This document shows, piece after piece, positions 27,108-36,903 of a stretch of 46,182 nucleotides of DNA. Both the position numbers and the translations under genes were made by a program. The notes beneath the pieces are model-generated. The model made no database searches and was not told the origin of the DNA. It worked only from the letters and a program-made list of their open reading frames with translations. This DNA comes from a virus (lineage: Duplodnaviria; Caudoviricetes): the IMG/VR virus record IMGVR_UViG_3300049000_000041, positions 1 to 46,182 of that record, one strand, 5' to 3'. Every line of letters starts with the position of its first letter. Position 1 is the first letter of the stretch.

Positions 27108-28003
27108 GTATCGACAGCACACTGGGCGGATTGAAAACCCTGACGAATCAAGTGCAGGGTGGCGTAAATAGTCTCACCCGTATCGGCGCGGACCTCGGCC
27201 TCGGCGGCGTTGGCGGGAGCGGTTCCAACTGGATGGACAGCCTTCGCGAAGCGTCGTTTCGGGGAGTGCCGTTCGTCATGCTCAAGGGAGATAGTCGCTT
27301 CGGGCGCCGCAATGTCGTGCACGAGTATCCATTTCGCGACACGGTATGGGTTGAGGATCTGGGGCGGTCGGCCCGGCGTTTCAACGTGCAGGGGTTCCTT
27401 GTCGGCGCCGATTGCATTGCGCAGCGTGAACGCATGATCGCGGCATGTGAGGCGGCCGGCGGCGAAACAGCAGCACTGATCCACCCCACGTACGGGCAGC
27501 TGGCCGTCAACCTGGTCGGTGCACTGACGGTTCGGGAGCGGTGGGACAAGGGCCGAATGTTCGAGATTGGCTTCTCGTTCATCGAATCAGGTGAGCGCGA
27601 GTTCCCAAGCGGGACCGATGCTAGCGCCGAGGTTGTGAGTACCGCGGCCGACTCCGCCGACGCCGCAGTCGGCACGGACTTTGGGTCCAGCATTGCCAGC
27701 GCTTTGAAAAATGGCGCATCGGTCGTTCAGCAGGCAGTCTCCGCGACGGCAACCTGGGCCAGCACCGCGACGCGGCTGGCGAACGACGCCACCAACCTGC
27801 GCAATCTGGTCACCGCGCTGCCTGGCGATTTCGGCCGCTTTGCTGGGGGGCGAAATGTCGGCGGGATTGCCGGCAGTACATCAAAACTTGCCGGCAGCTC
27901 GGCAACCATCGCCAGTCTCACCGCGCTTGGATCACAGGCCCGGTCAGCGGTGGCCACCGCAACGTCCGCTCTCGGCGCCGCAGCATCAGGATTGGGACTA
28001 TGA
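27104..28003 (+). CDS. Mu-like DNA circularization protein, N-terminal part
   Basis: W.DSLREASFRGVPF, GRR.VVHEYPFRD..WVEDLGR, LIHPTYG, F.ESG. Confidence 0.9.
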   Translation: MSIDSTLGGLKTLTNQVQGGVNSLTRIGADLGLGGVGGSGSNWMDSLREASFRGVPFVMLKGDSRFGRRNVVHEYPFRDTVWVEDLGRSARRFNVQGFLVGADCIAQRERMIAACEAAGGETAALIHPTYGQLAVNLVGALTVRERWDKGRMFEIGFSFIESGEREFPSGTDASAEVVSTAADSADAAVGTDFGSSIASALKNGASVVQQAVSATATWASTATRLANDATNLRNLVTALPGDFGRFAGGRNVGGIAGSTSKLAGSSATIASLTALGSQARSAVATATSALGAAASGLGL

Positions 28004-28563
28004 GTTCTTCAGACAATTTCGCTGCGGCGGCCCAGGCGCTCGCCGCAGCTGTTGCGGCGACGACGTCGGATCCGGCGGATGCCATTCGCCTGCTGCAGGC
28101 CTTGGGGGCTTACGTTTCAACCGGCACGCCGCCGGCCTCACCGATCGGCGCTTCGATGGCGGTAATGCAGGCGGCGACGGGCGACCTGTTTCGGCGCGCT
28201 GCCGTCGTTGCGCTGGCGCGCGCATCTGCGTCATATCAGCCGGCGTCGGCCAATGACGCCGCCGCGATCCGCTCGACCGTGTGTGGCGCGCTGGACGCTG
28301 AGATCATCATTGCCGCCGACCAGCACGCCGATGCGACATACAACGCGCTGCGCGCGCTGCGCGCCGCGGTGTCTGCTGACTTGACCAAGCGCGGCGCCGG
28401 GCTGCCGACCATCGCGACCATCACGACGCAGGCGCCGCTGCCGGCCTTGGTGCTGGCGCAGCGAAACTACCGTGACGCCACACGTGCCGACGACCTGGTG
28501 ACGCAAGCGAATTGCGTGCACCCGGCATTCATGCCACTTAAATTTTCGGCGTTATCGCAATAA
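28000..28563 (+). CDS. Mu-like DNA circularization protein, C-terminal part (separate gene)
   Basis: LPALVLAQRNY.DATRADDLV...HPAFMP motif; ATGA coupling. Confidence 0.8.
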   Translation: MSSSDNFAAAAQALAAAVAATTSDPADAIRLLQALGAYVSTGTPPASPIGASMAVMQAATGDLFRRAAVVALARASASYQPASANDAAAIRSTVCGALDAEIIIAADQHADATYNALRALRAAVSADLTKRGAGLPTIATITTQAPLPALVLAQRNYRDATRADDLVTQANCVHPAFMPLKFSALSQ

Positions 28564-28571
28564 AGGTTTTC

Positions 28572-29672
28572 ATGGACGATTTAACCCTGGTGGTCGGCCA
28601 GCGCGAGCTGATCGGCTGGACCAGCATTCGTGTTACGCGCGGCATCGAACGCCTGCCGTCGGATTTCGAAATCCTCATGACTGACCTATTCCCCGAAGAG
28701 GTGGACGCGTTCGTCGTGGCGCCGGGTGCGCCGTGCGTCGTGAAGCTCGGCGAAGACGTCGTCCTGACCGGCTACGTTGACCGTTTTAGCCCGATGATTG
28801 ACAAAGGACAGCACTCGATTCGCGTGTCAGGTCGGGGCAAGTGCTGCGACCTGGTCGACTGCTCGGCCGAGTGGCCTGGCGGTCAGATGTCCGGGCTGAC
28901 CGCGCTCGAGATCGCGCGCCAGCTGGTAAAGCCATATGGAATTTTCTCGGACGACACCCCTGATAACCCGATTTTCGTCACATCGGATACTGCCGACGTG
29001 GGGCCGATTATTCCGCAGCAAAACCTGATCATCGGCGAGACGCCGTACACGATCATCGAGCGCATCTGCAGGTTTGCGACACTGCTGGCCTACGAAGACG
29101 CCGATGGCGATTTGTTCCTTACGCGCGCAGGAACGGCGGAGGCGGCCAGTGGCGTTGAACAGGGTAAGAATGTCCAAAGGGCGTCTTTGGACTTTGCGCT
29201 CGACGGGTGCTATAGCCAGGTCTATGGCTTCATTCAGTCATTCGACAGCTTCATGGATTTGGGCGACCGCGGCAACTTGCAGGCGATCGCAGAAGACCCG
29301 AATGTAAAGCGCCACCGGCGCATGACGATCATCGCCGAGGCAGGGGATAGCCAAGGCTTTGACGTGCTGAAATCCCGTGCGGTGTGGGAGGTAGCGCGGC
29401 GCAACGGTCGCGCCCAGGCGCTGCATGTGACGGTCGACAGTTGGCGCGATTCGGCAGGCACACTCTGGACGCCAAACACGCTTGCGCCAATCTCGCTGCC
29501 GGCGCTGAAGCTCGCCCCGAAAAAATGGCTGATCAGCCAGGTGACGTACAGCCGAAATGGGGAGTCGGGCACGACGGCGGAGCTGGTGATGATGCCGCGT
29601 GAAGCCTTTTTGCCGCAGCCGGTCATTCTCATGCCTGGCCTCGGTGGTGTCGACCAACAGGCGCAACAATGA
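28572..29672 (+). CDS. Baseplate hub (Mu gp44/P-like)
   Basis: GW.SIRVTRGIE, TGYVD, GRGK..DLVDCS, WRDSAG.LW.PN. Confidence 0.92.
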   Translation: MDDLTLVVGQRELIGWTSIRVTRGIERLPSDFEILMTDLFPEEVDAFVVAPGAPCVVKLGEDVVLTGYVDRFSPMIDKGQHSIRVSGRGKCCDLVDCSAEWPGGQMSGLTALEIARQLVKPYGIFSDDTPDNPIFVTSDTADVGPIIPQQNLIIGETPYTIIERICRFATLLAYEDADGDLFLTRAGTAEAASGVEQGKNVQRASLDFALDGCYSQVYGFIQSFDSFMDLGDRGNLQAIAEDPNVKRHRRMTIIAEAGDSQGFDVLKSRAVWEVARRNGRAQALHVTVDSWRDSAGTLWTPNTLAPISLPALKLAPKKWLISQVTYSRNGESGTTAELVMMPREAFLPQPVILMPGLGGVDQQAQQ

Positions 29673-30259
29673 TCGACTCCATCCAACGTCTTTATCAGCG
29701 AATTTTGCATGCTATCGGCCGCGGCCGCATCACGACCGGCAGCGACGCTGGCAGCGTGCAGCTGCAGCAGGTCCGGCTCGGTCCCGACGAGATCAAGGAC
29801 AACATTCCGCGCCTGGCCGAATTTGGGCTGACATCAATGCCGCCGGTCGGGTCCGACGCGGTGCTGGTGTTCATCGGCGGCGACCGCTCGAACGGCGCCA
29901 TCATCGCTACTGGCCACCAGGGTTCGCGGCCGACGGGCCTGAAGGTGGGCGAGACCATGCTGTACAGCCAGGACGGCAAGTCGATTTATATGACGGCCGC
30001 CGGTGGGATCGTCGTCGACGCAAAGGGCCAGGTCGTGACTGTCAACAACGCGACCACCGTCACGATCAACGCCGCGACGAAGATACGGATGGTGACGCCG
30101 CTGCTCGAGGTGACCGGCGACATCATCGACAACGCCGGAACGAACACGAACACCGTCGCCCAAATGCGCGCAATTTACGACGGTCACACCCACCCGGTGG
30201 CAAATATTGCTACTGGCTCGAGCACGGTCACTTCCAACGCGACAGGCCAAAAACAATGA
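29669..30259 (+). CDS. Baseplate spike (Mu gp45-like)
   Basis: EFGLTS.PP.G, GGDRS, terminal HTH iron-binding motif (GHTHP). Confidence 0.92.
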   Translation: MIDSIQRLYQRILHAIGRGRITTGSDAGSVQLQQVRLGPDEIKDNIPRLAEFGLTSMPPVGSDAVLVFIGGDRSNGAIIATGHQGSRPTGLKVGETMLYSQDGKSIYMTAAGGIVVDAKGQVVTVNNATTVTINAATKIRMVTPLLEVTGDIIDNAGTNTNTVAQMRAIYDGHTHPVANIATGSSTVTSNATGQKQ

Positions 30260-30747
30260 GCGATATTTCGATTGCCTGGTCGCCGGCGCTTGGCCGCGGC
30301 GACTGGGTACAGTTGGGCACGCAACTCCAGTCCGGTAACGACTTGGCGAACGCGGTGATGATCAGCCTTTTCACCGATCGGGTGGCAAATTCGGATGACG
30401 TCATCCCCGACGGCACGAACGATCCGCGCGGCTGGTGGGGCGACGATGCGGCCTTGCCGATTGGCTCGCGCCTGTGGTTGCTCAGCCGCGCGAAGCAAAC
30501 GACCGAGACGCTGGCGCGGGCGCAAGACTATATCGCTGAGGCGCTGCAGTGGCTCATTGACGATGGCGTTGTCGCCCGCTTCGACATCCTGACCGAGTGG
30601 ACCAGGTCCAGCATGTTGGGCGCCCGCGTCGTGGCCTACGAGAAGGGCGGCGCCGCGCTCACGATGAACTCCGCCTCTGCCTGGAACGCGGCCCTTGGCC
30701 TGCCGGCGCAGACAGTGACCCAGGGCCTTTCGCTCATCCTTTCCTGA
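30256..30747 (+). CDS. Baseplate protein (Mu gp46-like)
   Basis: ISLFTDR, RGWWGD, GSRLWLL.R.K, EALQWL; start at the ATGA overlap (30256). Confidence 0.92.
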   Translation: MSDISIAWSPALGRGDWVQLGTQLQSGNDLANAVMISLFTDRVANSDDVIPDGTNDPRGWWGDDAALPIGSRLWLLSRAKQTTETLARAQDYIAEALQWLIDDGVVARFDILTEWTRSSMLGARVVAYEKGGAALTMNSASAWNAALGLPAQTVTQGLSLILS

Positions 30748-30755
30748 ATGGACCT

Positions 30756-31871
30756 ATGCCATTTCCCCGTCCGACGCTGACTGACCTGCGCACGCAGGTC
30801 ACGCAAGATATTACCGCTGCGCTCCCGGGCACCGATCCGCTCCTGCGCTTTTCCAACCTGAACACGCTTGGCACGGCCCAGGCCGGCCTGGCCAACCTTC
30901 ATTACGGCTACATCGACTGGATCGCGAAACAGGCGGTCCCGTTCACCGCCACGGATGAATTTCTGGAAGGGTGGGCTGGCCTGATCGGCATCACCCGTAT
31001 CCCGGCCACGTCGGCCAGCGGCACCGTCACGTTTTCCGGCGCGCAGGGCGCCATCGTTCCGTCCGGCGCAAAGCTCGTGCGCGGCGACGGCAAGACCTTC
31101 ACGACGACAAGCACGGCGGCGGTCAGCGGCGCCGGTACCGCGACGGTTTCCGCCGCCGCGGATGCCGACCTCACCGGCGCCACCGGCGCGTTTGGCAATT
31201 CAGCAGTTGGCACGGTGATGACGCTCGGCGTTGCGATCGCCGGCGTGCAGTCGAATGGCGCTGTGGCCACCGCCTTTGTTGGCGGTGCGGACCTGGAGCA
31301 GAACGGCGCTCTGCGCACGCGCATGCTCTACGCTTACCAGAACCAGCCGCAGGGCGGCGCGACTGCGGACTATCTGCGCTGGGCAAACAAAGTGCCGGGT
31401 GTGACGCGGGCCTGGTGCGTGCCGAATGGCTTCGGGGCCGGGACGGTTGTGGTGTACACGATGTTCGACCTGGTGCGCGCGGGGCAAAACGGCTTTCCGC
31501 AGGGGGCGAACGGCGTTGCGGCCGGCGAACCGCGGGCGACTCCCGCAACCGGCGACCAGCTGCTGGTGGCGAATGCGCTGCTGCCTTTGCAACCGGTGAC
31601 AGCGCTCGTCTACTCGGTGGCGCCGACAGTCAACCCGGTCGCCTTCACGATCAAGGGCATTCCGGTGGCATCGCGCGCCGGCGTGGCCGGAGCAATCGCG
31701 GGTGTTTTCGTCATCGATGGCGCGCCAGGCGCAGCGATCCCGATCGCGCACATCTGGTCGGCGATCGCGGCGGTCTCCGGCGTCGATGATTTCGTCATCG
31801 TGTCGCCAGCGATCGATGTCGCCAACGGCGCCGGGCAGCTGCCGACGGTCGGCACCATCACGTATACCTGA
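30756..31871 (+). CDS. Baseplate J/gp47 protein
   Basis: MPFPRPTL, GGADLE, QGGA.ADY..WA..VPGVTRAW. Confidence 0.94.
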   Translation: MPFPRPTLTDLRTQVTQDITAALPGTDPLLRFSNLNTLGTAQAGLANLHYGYIDWIAKQAVPFTATDEFLEGWAGLIGITRIPATSASGTVTFSGAQGAIVPSGAKLVRGDGKTFTTTSTAAVSGAGTATVSAAADADLTGATGAFGNSAVGTVMTLGVAIAGVQSNGAVATAFVGGADLEQNGALRTRMLYAYQNQPQGGATADYLRWANKVPGVTRAWCVPNGFGAGTVVVYTMFDLVRAGQNGFPQGANGVAAGEPRATPATGDQLLVANALLPLQPVTALVYSVAPTVNPVAFTIKGIPVASRAGVAGAIAGVFVIDGAPGAAIPIAHIWSAIAAVSGVDDFVIVSPAIDVANGAGQLPTVGTITYT

Positions 31872-31873
31872 CT

Positions 31874-32470
31874 ATGCTAGCGCCAAATTACTCCGCTCCC
31901 GATTATCTATTCGCGCTGCAGGCGCTCCTTCCCCGTGGTCGCGTCTGGCCGCGGGATCCTGATGCTGTACAGACCAAGGTCCTGACTGGCCTGGTGCAGA
32001 ACTATGTGCGCACGAACGCCAGCGCGAACCAGCTGCTGGTTGAGGCGCTTCCATCAACGACATTTCAGCTGCTTCCCGAGTGGGAGGCGACTATGGGCCT
32101 ACCCGACCCATGCGCCGGCGTATCGCCCACGATTCAGGGGCGCCGGTCGCAAGTCGTCGCGCGCTTCACCGGCGTGGGCGGCCAGTCGGTCGCGTACATG
32201 GTCGCCTTCGCCAAAAGCTTGGGCTACGCCGTCACGGTGAAGCAGTACGCGCCGGCGCGCGTCGGGCAGAGCCGGGTTGGCCAGCGGCTGAACGGGCCCG
32301 CCTGGGCGCACGCTTGGTCAATTAACTCGGCGCTCAATACCGTCGTGCGTTCGCGAGTGGGTACCGCGGCCGCCGGCGAACCGCTCGCGTCGTGGAGCAA
32401 CGCCGTGCTCGAGTGCGAGCTGAAATCGATCGCGCCGGCGCACACCACTTTGTTTTTCACTTATTCGTAA
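31874..32470 (+). CDS. YmfQ/DUF2313 (Mu gp48-like) baseplate protein
   Basis: LQALLPRGRVW, LL.EWE...GLPD.C, LEC....APAHT. Confidence 0.92.
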   Translation: MLAPNYSAPDYLFALQALLPRGRVWPRDPDAVQTKVLTGLVQNYVRTNASANQLLVEALPSTTFQLLPEWEATMGLPDPCAGVSPTIQGRRSQVVARFTGVGGQSVAYMVAFAKSLGYAVTVKQYAPARVGQSRVGQRLNGPAWAHAWSINSALNTVVRSRVGTAAAGEPLASWSNAVLECELKSIAPAHTTLFFTYS

Positions 32471-32479
32471 AGGATCACC

Positions 32480-33010
32480 ATGTATCGAATTGACGATCCA
32501 TCGGCAGCAACATCTTTGCCGGTGCCAGAAGTGGCCGGCGCCGAGGGTTTCTGGACTGAAGGAAATCCTGTCGCCGGTGTAGCTGCCACCCTCGAGCGCG
32601 CCTCCTGGTTCAATATGGTCCAAGAGGAGTTGCGCGCCATCGCCGTAACTGGCGGACAAACGCCTTCCAAAACCTCGTACAACCAGATACTACTGGCTTT
32701 GCAGGCCATGTTCGGTGCCGGGAGAGTGGGACATGCCTATACGGCTAACGACTGGGTTCCTCTGCCAGGGGGTCTAATTGTTCAGTGGGGGCAATTTTTG
32801 CAGTCGGATAATGGCACGCCTGTTGCATACAACGTTGTTGTTCCTATTGCTTTTCCCAATGGTGCCCTGCAGGCTTTTCTCACCCCGGGCAACGCTGTTC
32901 CAAACTCTGGTTGCGGGACTGTAGAATTTTTCTCGAAGACCGCATTGAGTGGTTTTACGAACGCGAATACTGCATCGCGTACCTGGCGCTTTCTTGTGAT
33001 CGGCTATTAA
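32480..33010 (+). CDS. Short tail fibre protein
   Basis: MYRID..G.WTEGNP..W.N.VQEEL N-terminus; C-terminal LPGGLIVQWG..PIAFPN..IGY. Confidence 0.85.
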   Translation: MYRIDDPSAATSLPVPEVAGAEGFWTEGNPVAGVAATLERASWFNMVQEELRAIAVTGGQTPSKTSYNQILLALQAMFGAGRVGHAYTANDWVPLPGGLIVQWGQFLQSDNGTPVAYNVVVPIAFPNGALQAFLTPGNAVPNSGCGTVEFFSKTALSGFTNANTASRTWRFLVIGY

Positions 33011-33014
33011 TATA

Positions 33015-33545
33015 ATGATCCAATATTCACCCACCACACGCACTTTTTACCCGTCGACGCTTCAATATCCAGATTTGCCTCCCGACCTCATCATAGTTAG
33101 CAAAGCTGACTACGATGCAGCGCAAGGGCGGCCCGCCGACTGCACGTTCGATTTTGTGAATGGCGAACTTTTAATTACACCGCCAGATGAGCCGAGCCTC
33201 AATGAGGTGAAGGCATTCAAACTTGCGCAGCTTGCCGGCGATTTCGCTCAGCGCATGGGAGCGGTCAAGGCAGGGTATCCGGATGACGAAATTCAGAGCT
33301 GGTTTGACCAGAAAGGGGAGGCCGTTGCATATGCGACAGACAAAAACGCGGCCACGCCTCTGCTGTCCGCCATGGCCGCCGCGCGCGGCATCACGGTGGC
33401 CGACTTGGCGGCTCGCGTTATCGTCAATGCTGCGCAGTACGCTGCGGCAGCCGGAATGTTCATCGGAAAACGCCAGAAGTATGAAGATGCCGTGAACGCG
33501 GCCGTCGATGTTGCCGGCGTCGAGTCCGTGCTCTGGGTCGACTGA
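33015..33545 (+). CDS. Tail fibre assembly chaperone
   Basis: YSPTT..FY, GYP..EI.SW..Q..EA, TPLL..MA.ARG, GKRQ. Confidence 0.8.
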   Translation: MIQYSPTTRTFYPSTLQYPDLPPDLIIVSKADYDAAQGRPADCTFDFVNGELLITPPDEPSLNEVKAFKLAQLAGDFAQRMGAVKAGYPDDEIQSWFDQKGEAVAYATDKNAATPLLSAMAAARGITVADLAARVIVNAAQYAAAAGMFIGKRQKYEDAVNAAVDVAGVESVLWVD

Positions 33546-33565
33546 AATTCATCCGCTTCGACTGC

Positions 33566-33593
33566 AAGCCGCCTTCGGGCGGCTTTTCTTTTT
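33566..33593 (+). terminator. Intrinsic terminator
   Basis: AAGCCGCC-TTCG-GGCGGCTT followed by a T run. Confidence 0.8.
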
Positions 33594-33623
33594 CCGGCTG
33601 CCGTACCCAACACGAAGGAATCC

Positions 33624-34031
33624 ATGTCCAGACCCATTCCAACTCGCCTCGGGGAAGACCCTGAGCGGGACATGATCGAAATGGTCAGCCATATGCGGAA
33701 GCTCGCGAGCGCTATTCATGCACTGAAAAGCGACGTGGCCGAAAACAGCACGCTCACTAAAGCAACGTTTGATCGGCAAATTGAATTCGAATCGAGGCAG
33801 ACCGCGAAGCTCGACGAAATGGCGATGCAAAGCGCCGAAATGCTAGCGGTATTCAACGCAGGAAAAAAGGGCATCGGGTTCTTCCGGCGGCTCGGTCGCA
33901 TGTTGTTCAGCTTGGCGAAATTGCTTGGGCGAACTCTCTATAGCCTGGCGCGCTGGGCCGGTCCGATTCTGGCCGTCGGCGGTGCTCTCTACGCGCTTTG
34001 GCATGGCGCTCCAACGAAAGGTTCGGAATGA
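33624..34031 (+). CDS. Lysis-region membrane protein (holin/antiholin candidate)
   Basis: Coiled coil plus C-terminal amphipathic/TM segment; coupled to the endolysin. Confidence 0.55.
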   Translation: MSRPIPTRLGEDPERDMIEMVSHMRKLASAIHALKSDVAENSTLTKATFDRQIEFESRQTAKLDEMAMQSAEMLAVFNAGKKGIGFFRRLGRMLFSLAKLLGRTLYSLARWAGPILAVGGALYALWHGAPTKGSE

Positions 34032-34486
34032 AGCCGCAAGATTTTCTCGACATGATCGTTCCTCTGGCCCAGGCATGCCAGCGCGCCAGCGGCATCCCCG
34101 CCAGCTTCACCATCGCCCAGGCGGCGCTCGAGTCGTCCTGGGGTGAGCGGGCGCTGGGCTGCAACCTTTTTGGTGTGAAGGCCGACAGCGCCTGGCACGG
34201 CGCCACGGTCGACTTCAACACTCACGAAGTAGTGAAGGGCGTCTCGGTGCCGATGGTCTGCAAATTCCGTGCATACCGAACCTGGGGCGAGTGTTTGGCC
34301 GACCACGCGAATTTCTTCCGGACGAACCCACGATACTCCGCGTGCTTCAGGGAGACCACTGGCCCGGGCTGGGCGCGCGCCGTGGCTGCAGCAAAGTACG
34401 CCACGGATCCGCACTACGCCGATTCGCTGATTGCTGTCATGGCCGGGCGAAACCTGACCCGCTTCGATGTTTTGTCCAAAGCCTGA
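34028..34486 (+). CDS. Endolysin, GH73 glucosaminidase (FlgJ-like)
   Basis: AQAALESSWG, NLFGVK, YATDP.Y. Confidence 0.93.
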   Translation: MKPQDFLDMIVPLAQACQRASGIPASFTIAQAALESSWGERALGCNLFGVKADSAWHGATVDFNTHEVVKGVSVPMVCKFRAYRTWGECLADHANFFRTNPRYSACFRETTGPGWARAVAAAKYATDPHYADSLIAVMAGRNLTRFDVLSKA

Positions 34487-34487
34487 C

Positions 34488-34658
34488 ATGAAAACTTCCA
34501 CCTGGATCAACCTCACGATCGGCACGGTGCTGTTCGGCACGTGGGTGGCGCTTGTCGTGTTGAAAATCGACGCTGCCCAGGACCTGATTTCGGCCATCAA
34601 ACTCGCGCTCACCGGCCTTGGCGCATACCACCTCAACGATAGGAGCAATACCCCATGA
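34488..34658 (+). CDS. Small holin-like membrane protein
   Basis: 56 aa with two hydrophobic segments; follows the endolysin. Confidence 0.6.
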   Translation: MKTSTWINLTIGTVLFGTWVALVVLKIDAAQDLISAIKLALTGLGAYHLNDRSNTP

Positions 34659-35074
34659 AGCGTTTTTCCTTTGCAGTACTTGCCATCTTCGCAGCCTTTA
34701 CCTTGACCGCCTGCGCTCCCATGCAGGCCGATAGCCCGGCCCAAACTCCAGCAAAAATCGCAGCGCAGTTCTGCCCGTCCGCCCTCATTGCCATCACCTC
34801 GCTCGAAGAGCTCGAAGGCATCAGCACTGCCGACACCCTGGCGCTGGTCAATGTCTCCAATATCGTGACTCCGGTGTGCACTGCAGTCGCGGACGGTGGC
34901 GTCGTGGCGGCAACTGACCTGAAGACATTCGCATCGGCGTACAGCCCAGTGTTCGTGTCGATCGTCAAAGCGTCGAGCATGGACCCGGACAAGAAGAACC
35001 GCATCCTGCTCGACCTGGCCGTGGCCCAGATTGCCATCGCCGCATTGCCTGATGTGACCGCGACCGGGCAATAG
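34655..35074 (+). CDS. Lipoprotein (spanin candidate)
   Basis: Lipobox LTAC; located in the lysis cassette. Confidence 0.7.
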   Translation: MKRFSFAVLAIFAAFTLTACAPMQADSPAQTPAKIAAQFCPSALIAITSLEELEGISTADTLALVNVSNIVTPVCTAVADGGVVAATDLKTFASAYSPVFVSIVKASSMDPDKKNRILLDLAVAQIAIAALPDVTATGQ

Positions 35075-35075
35075 C

Positions 35076-35471
35076 GTGAGCCGGTTTCTCACCCGGTTGC
35101 GCATGGAGCTCATGTGCGGTGACGATGACATGCCGTTGTGCAATCGCGATGGCCGCCAGCTCTTCCAGCTGCTGACTAATTTCGTCTACCAGTCGGATGT
35201 GGCCGGCCTGATCACCGTCGGGGCGGGGTTCGTTACCGACCTTGCGTCTCTCCCGCAGGCCGTGCTGTCGATTTTCGGCGAGATCGCGCAGGAACCATCG
35301 ATCCCGCATGATTTTGCCTACAGCACGGGCGCGATGCCGCGCGCGGTGGCCGATGCCATGCTGTACGAGGCGTGCATTCTCACCGGCGTGCCGGCATGGA
35401 AGGCAAAGCTGATCTATGCCGGCGTGCGGATCGGTGGCGGGTCGCATTGGGCACCTGCAGATATCCATTAA
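35076..35471 (+). CDS. DUF1353 domain protein
   Basis: GFVTDLASLP, HDFAY, R..AD, YAGVRIGG. Confidence 0.9.
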   Translation: MSRFLTRLRMELMCGDDDMPLCNRDGRQLFQLLTNFVYQSDVAGLITVGAGFVTDLASLPQAVLSIFGEIAQEPSIPHDFAYSTGAMPRAVADAMLYEACILTGVPAWKAKLIYAGVRIGGGSHWAPADIH

Positions 35472-35745
35472 TTAGTAAGTGCCTTCCGCTGCCGAGAAGT
35501 CCACCGAGCTTGCATTATTTATTGTGCATATAAAAAAATAAATTTCTCCTTTTCGAAATATCTTCCGTTGTTTAGTATGTGCCTATCGGCGCTGAAATTA
35601 TAGGTTCCGGTAGTGTGAAGGTTGGCGGTGGTCATATTTTATTGACACCACTATCACCACTTGCGCATTCGAATCCTCCGTGCACTTTGCTTGTCTCGTA
35701 GGCATCGAACTGTTAAACGATGGATTAACTTTAAACCTATTTTCT

Positions 35746-36096
35746 ATGACCTCTATCTCGAAATTTCGCATCGCCGTTTTGACCACCGCCGCAGCAATCT
35801 CCATGCTTTCGTTCAATGCAAATGCCGGCACCGCTTCTGGAAAACTCGGCTACATCACCAGTACTCGCAACACGCTATTCGCGTTTAACGTTGGCGCGAT
35901 CGCGGACCGCCCGGCCTGCGCCGCCAGCAATGAATTTGCCATCGACAATAGCACCGCTGCGGGTAAAGCAATGATTGCGTCGATCCTCGCTGCACAAGCG
36001 CAAGGCTTGGTCATCAATGTATCCGGATCAGGCAACTGCGACGTTTGGGGGGATCGAGAGAGCGCTGGTTATGTTTCTATTTCGTTTCCTAACTAA
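35746..36096 (+). CDS. Secreted hypothetical protein (two Cys)
   Basis: Signal peptide ending in ANA; RPAC and G.G.C motifs. Confidence 0.7.
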   Translation: MTSISKFRIAVLTTAAAISMLSFNANAGTASGKLGYITSTRNTLFAFNVGAIADRPACAASNEFAIDNSTAAGKAMIASILAAQAQGLVINVSGSGNCDVWGDRESAGYVSISFPN

Positions 36097-36345
36097 TTGA
36101 ATTGGTTATTTTATGTAGCGTAAGTTAATCTGGTTCGACTGGCTGAACTATATCCACCCGTCGTGCCATTGCTTCGTCGTTCTTGAAAGAATGACGGAGT
36201 TGTTTTGACACGTCACCTGACGTCAAGTGCCCATTTAAAATGAGTCATCGCTAATTGGAAGCCTTAGTATCGCTTGCAGTTGCGGCTGTCGTACAAAATT
36301 TCGTGGCCGGTTAAAGCATCTTTCTAAAATACCTGGAAGCATCCC

Positions 36346-36873
36346 ATGCGAATCTTTAAAAATTTTAACAGTGAAACTGTTCGATCGACAGTTAAGGTGC
36401 TTAGCGCTTTGCTTGGCTTGGTCGCGGCGAACTCAGTATATGCTAGGGACATGATTGTAGTGCCAACTAATCCTGTAGCGAAGTTAAACGCGGCCACCAC
36501 CGTGGAGGTGAGATTTGATGGAAAAGTACTGGGCATGAGCAGAAATTACGTAGTCTGCGCTCCGAAAAATTGCACCATGTTGACTAAAGAAGTTAAGCTT
36601 TATGACGGCAGCCAATTACTTACCCCAACTTTTAACGGTCCTCTAACATGTGGTCCCGATGGATCAACTATTATCATAAGCGGCGTGCAATACGTTGGAT
36701 GCGCTAATGCGGTTCTCAAAGTGACTATACCGGCAAAAAGTAAGGTTGGGAATTACACTTATACGGTCACGCATGATGATGATACTTACGGAAATAGCAC
36801 TACTGTAACTTTTGTCGTATCGGTCAGAGCGGGCGCCACAAGTTCGACTATTCTTCCGTTATTGCTAGATTAA
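36346..36873 (+). CDS. Secreted beta-rich (Ig-like) protein ending in ILPLLLD
   Basis: Signal peptide ending in VYA; four Cys; AT-rich gene. Confidence 0.7.
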   Translation: MRIFKNFNSETVRSTVKVLSALLGLVAANSVYARDMIVVPTNPVAKLNAATTVEVRFDGKVLGMSRNYVVCAPKNCTMLTKEVKLYDGSQLLTPTFNGPLTCGPDGSTIIISGVQYVGCANAVLKVTIPAKSKVGNYTYTVTHDDDTYGNSTTVTFVVSVRAGATSSTILPLLLD

Positions 36874-36903
36874 GGAATGGAACAACGCCAAAGTTTTCCC
36901 AGC

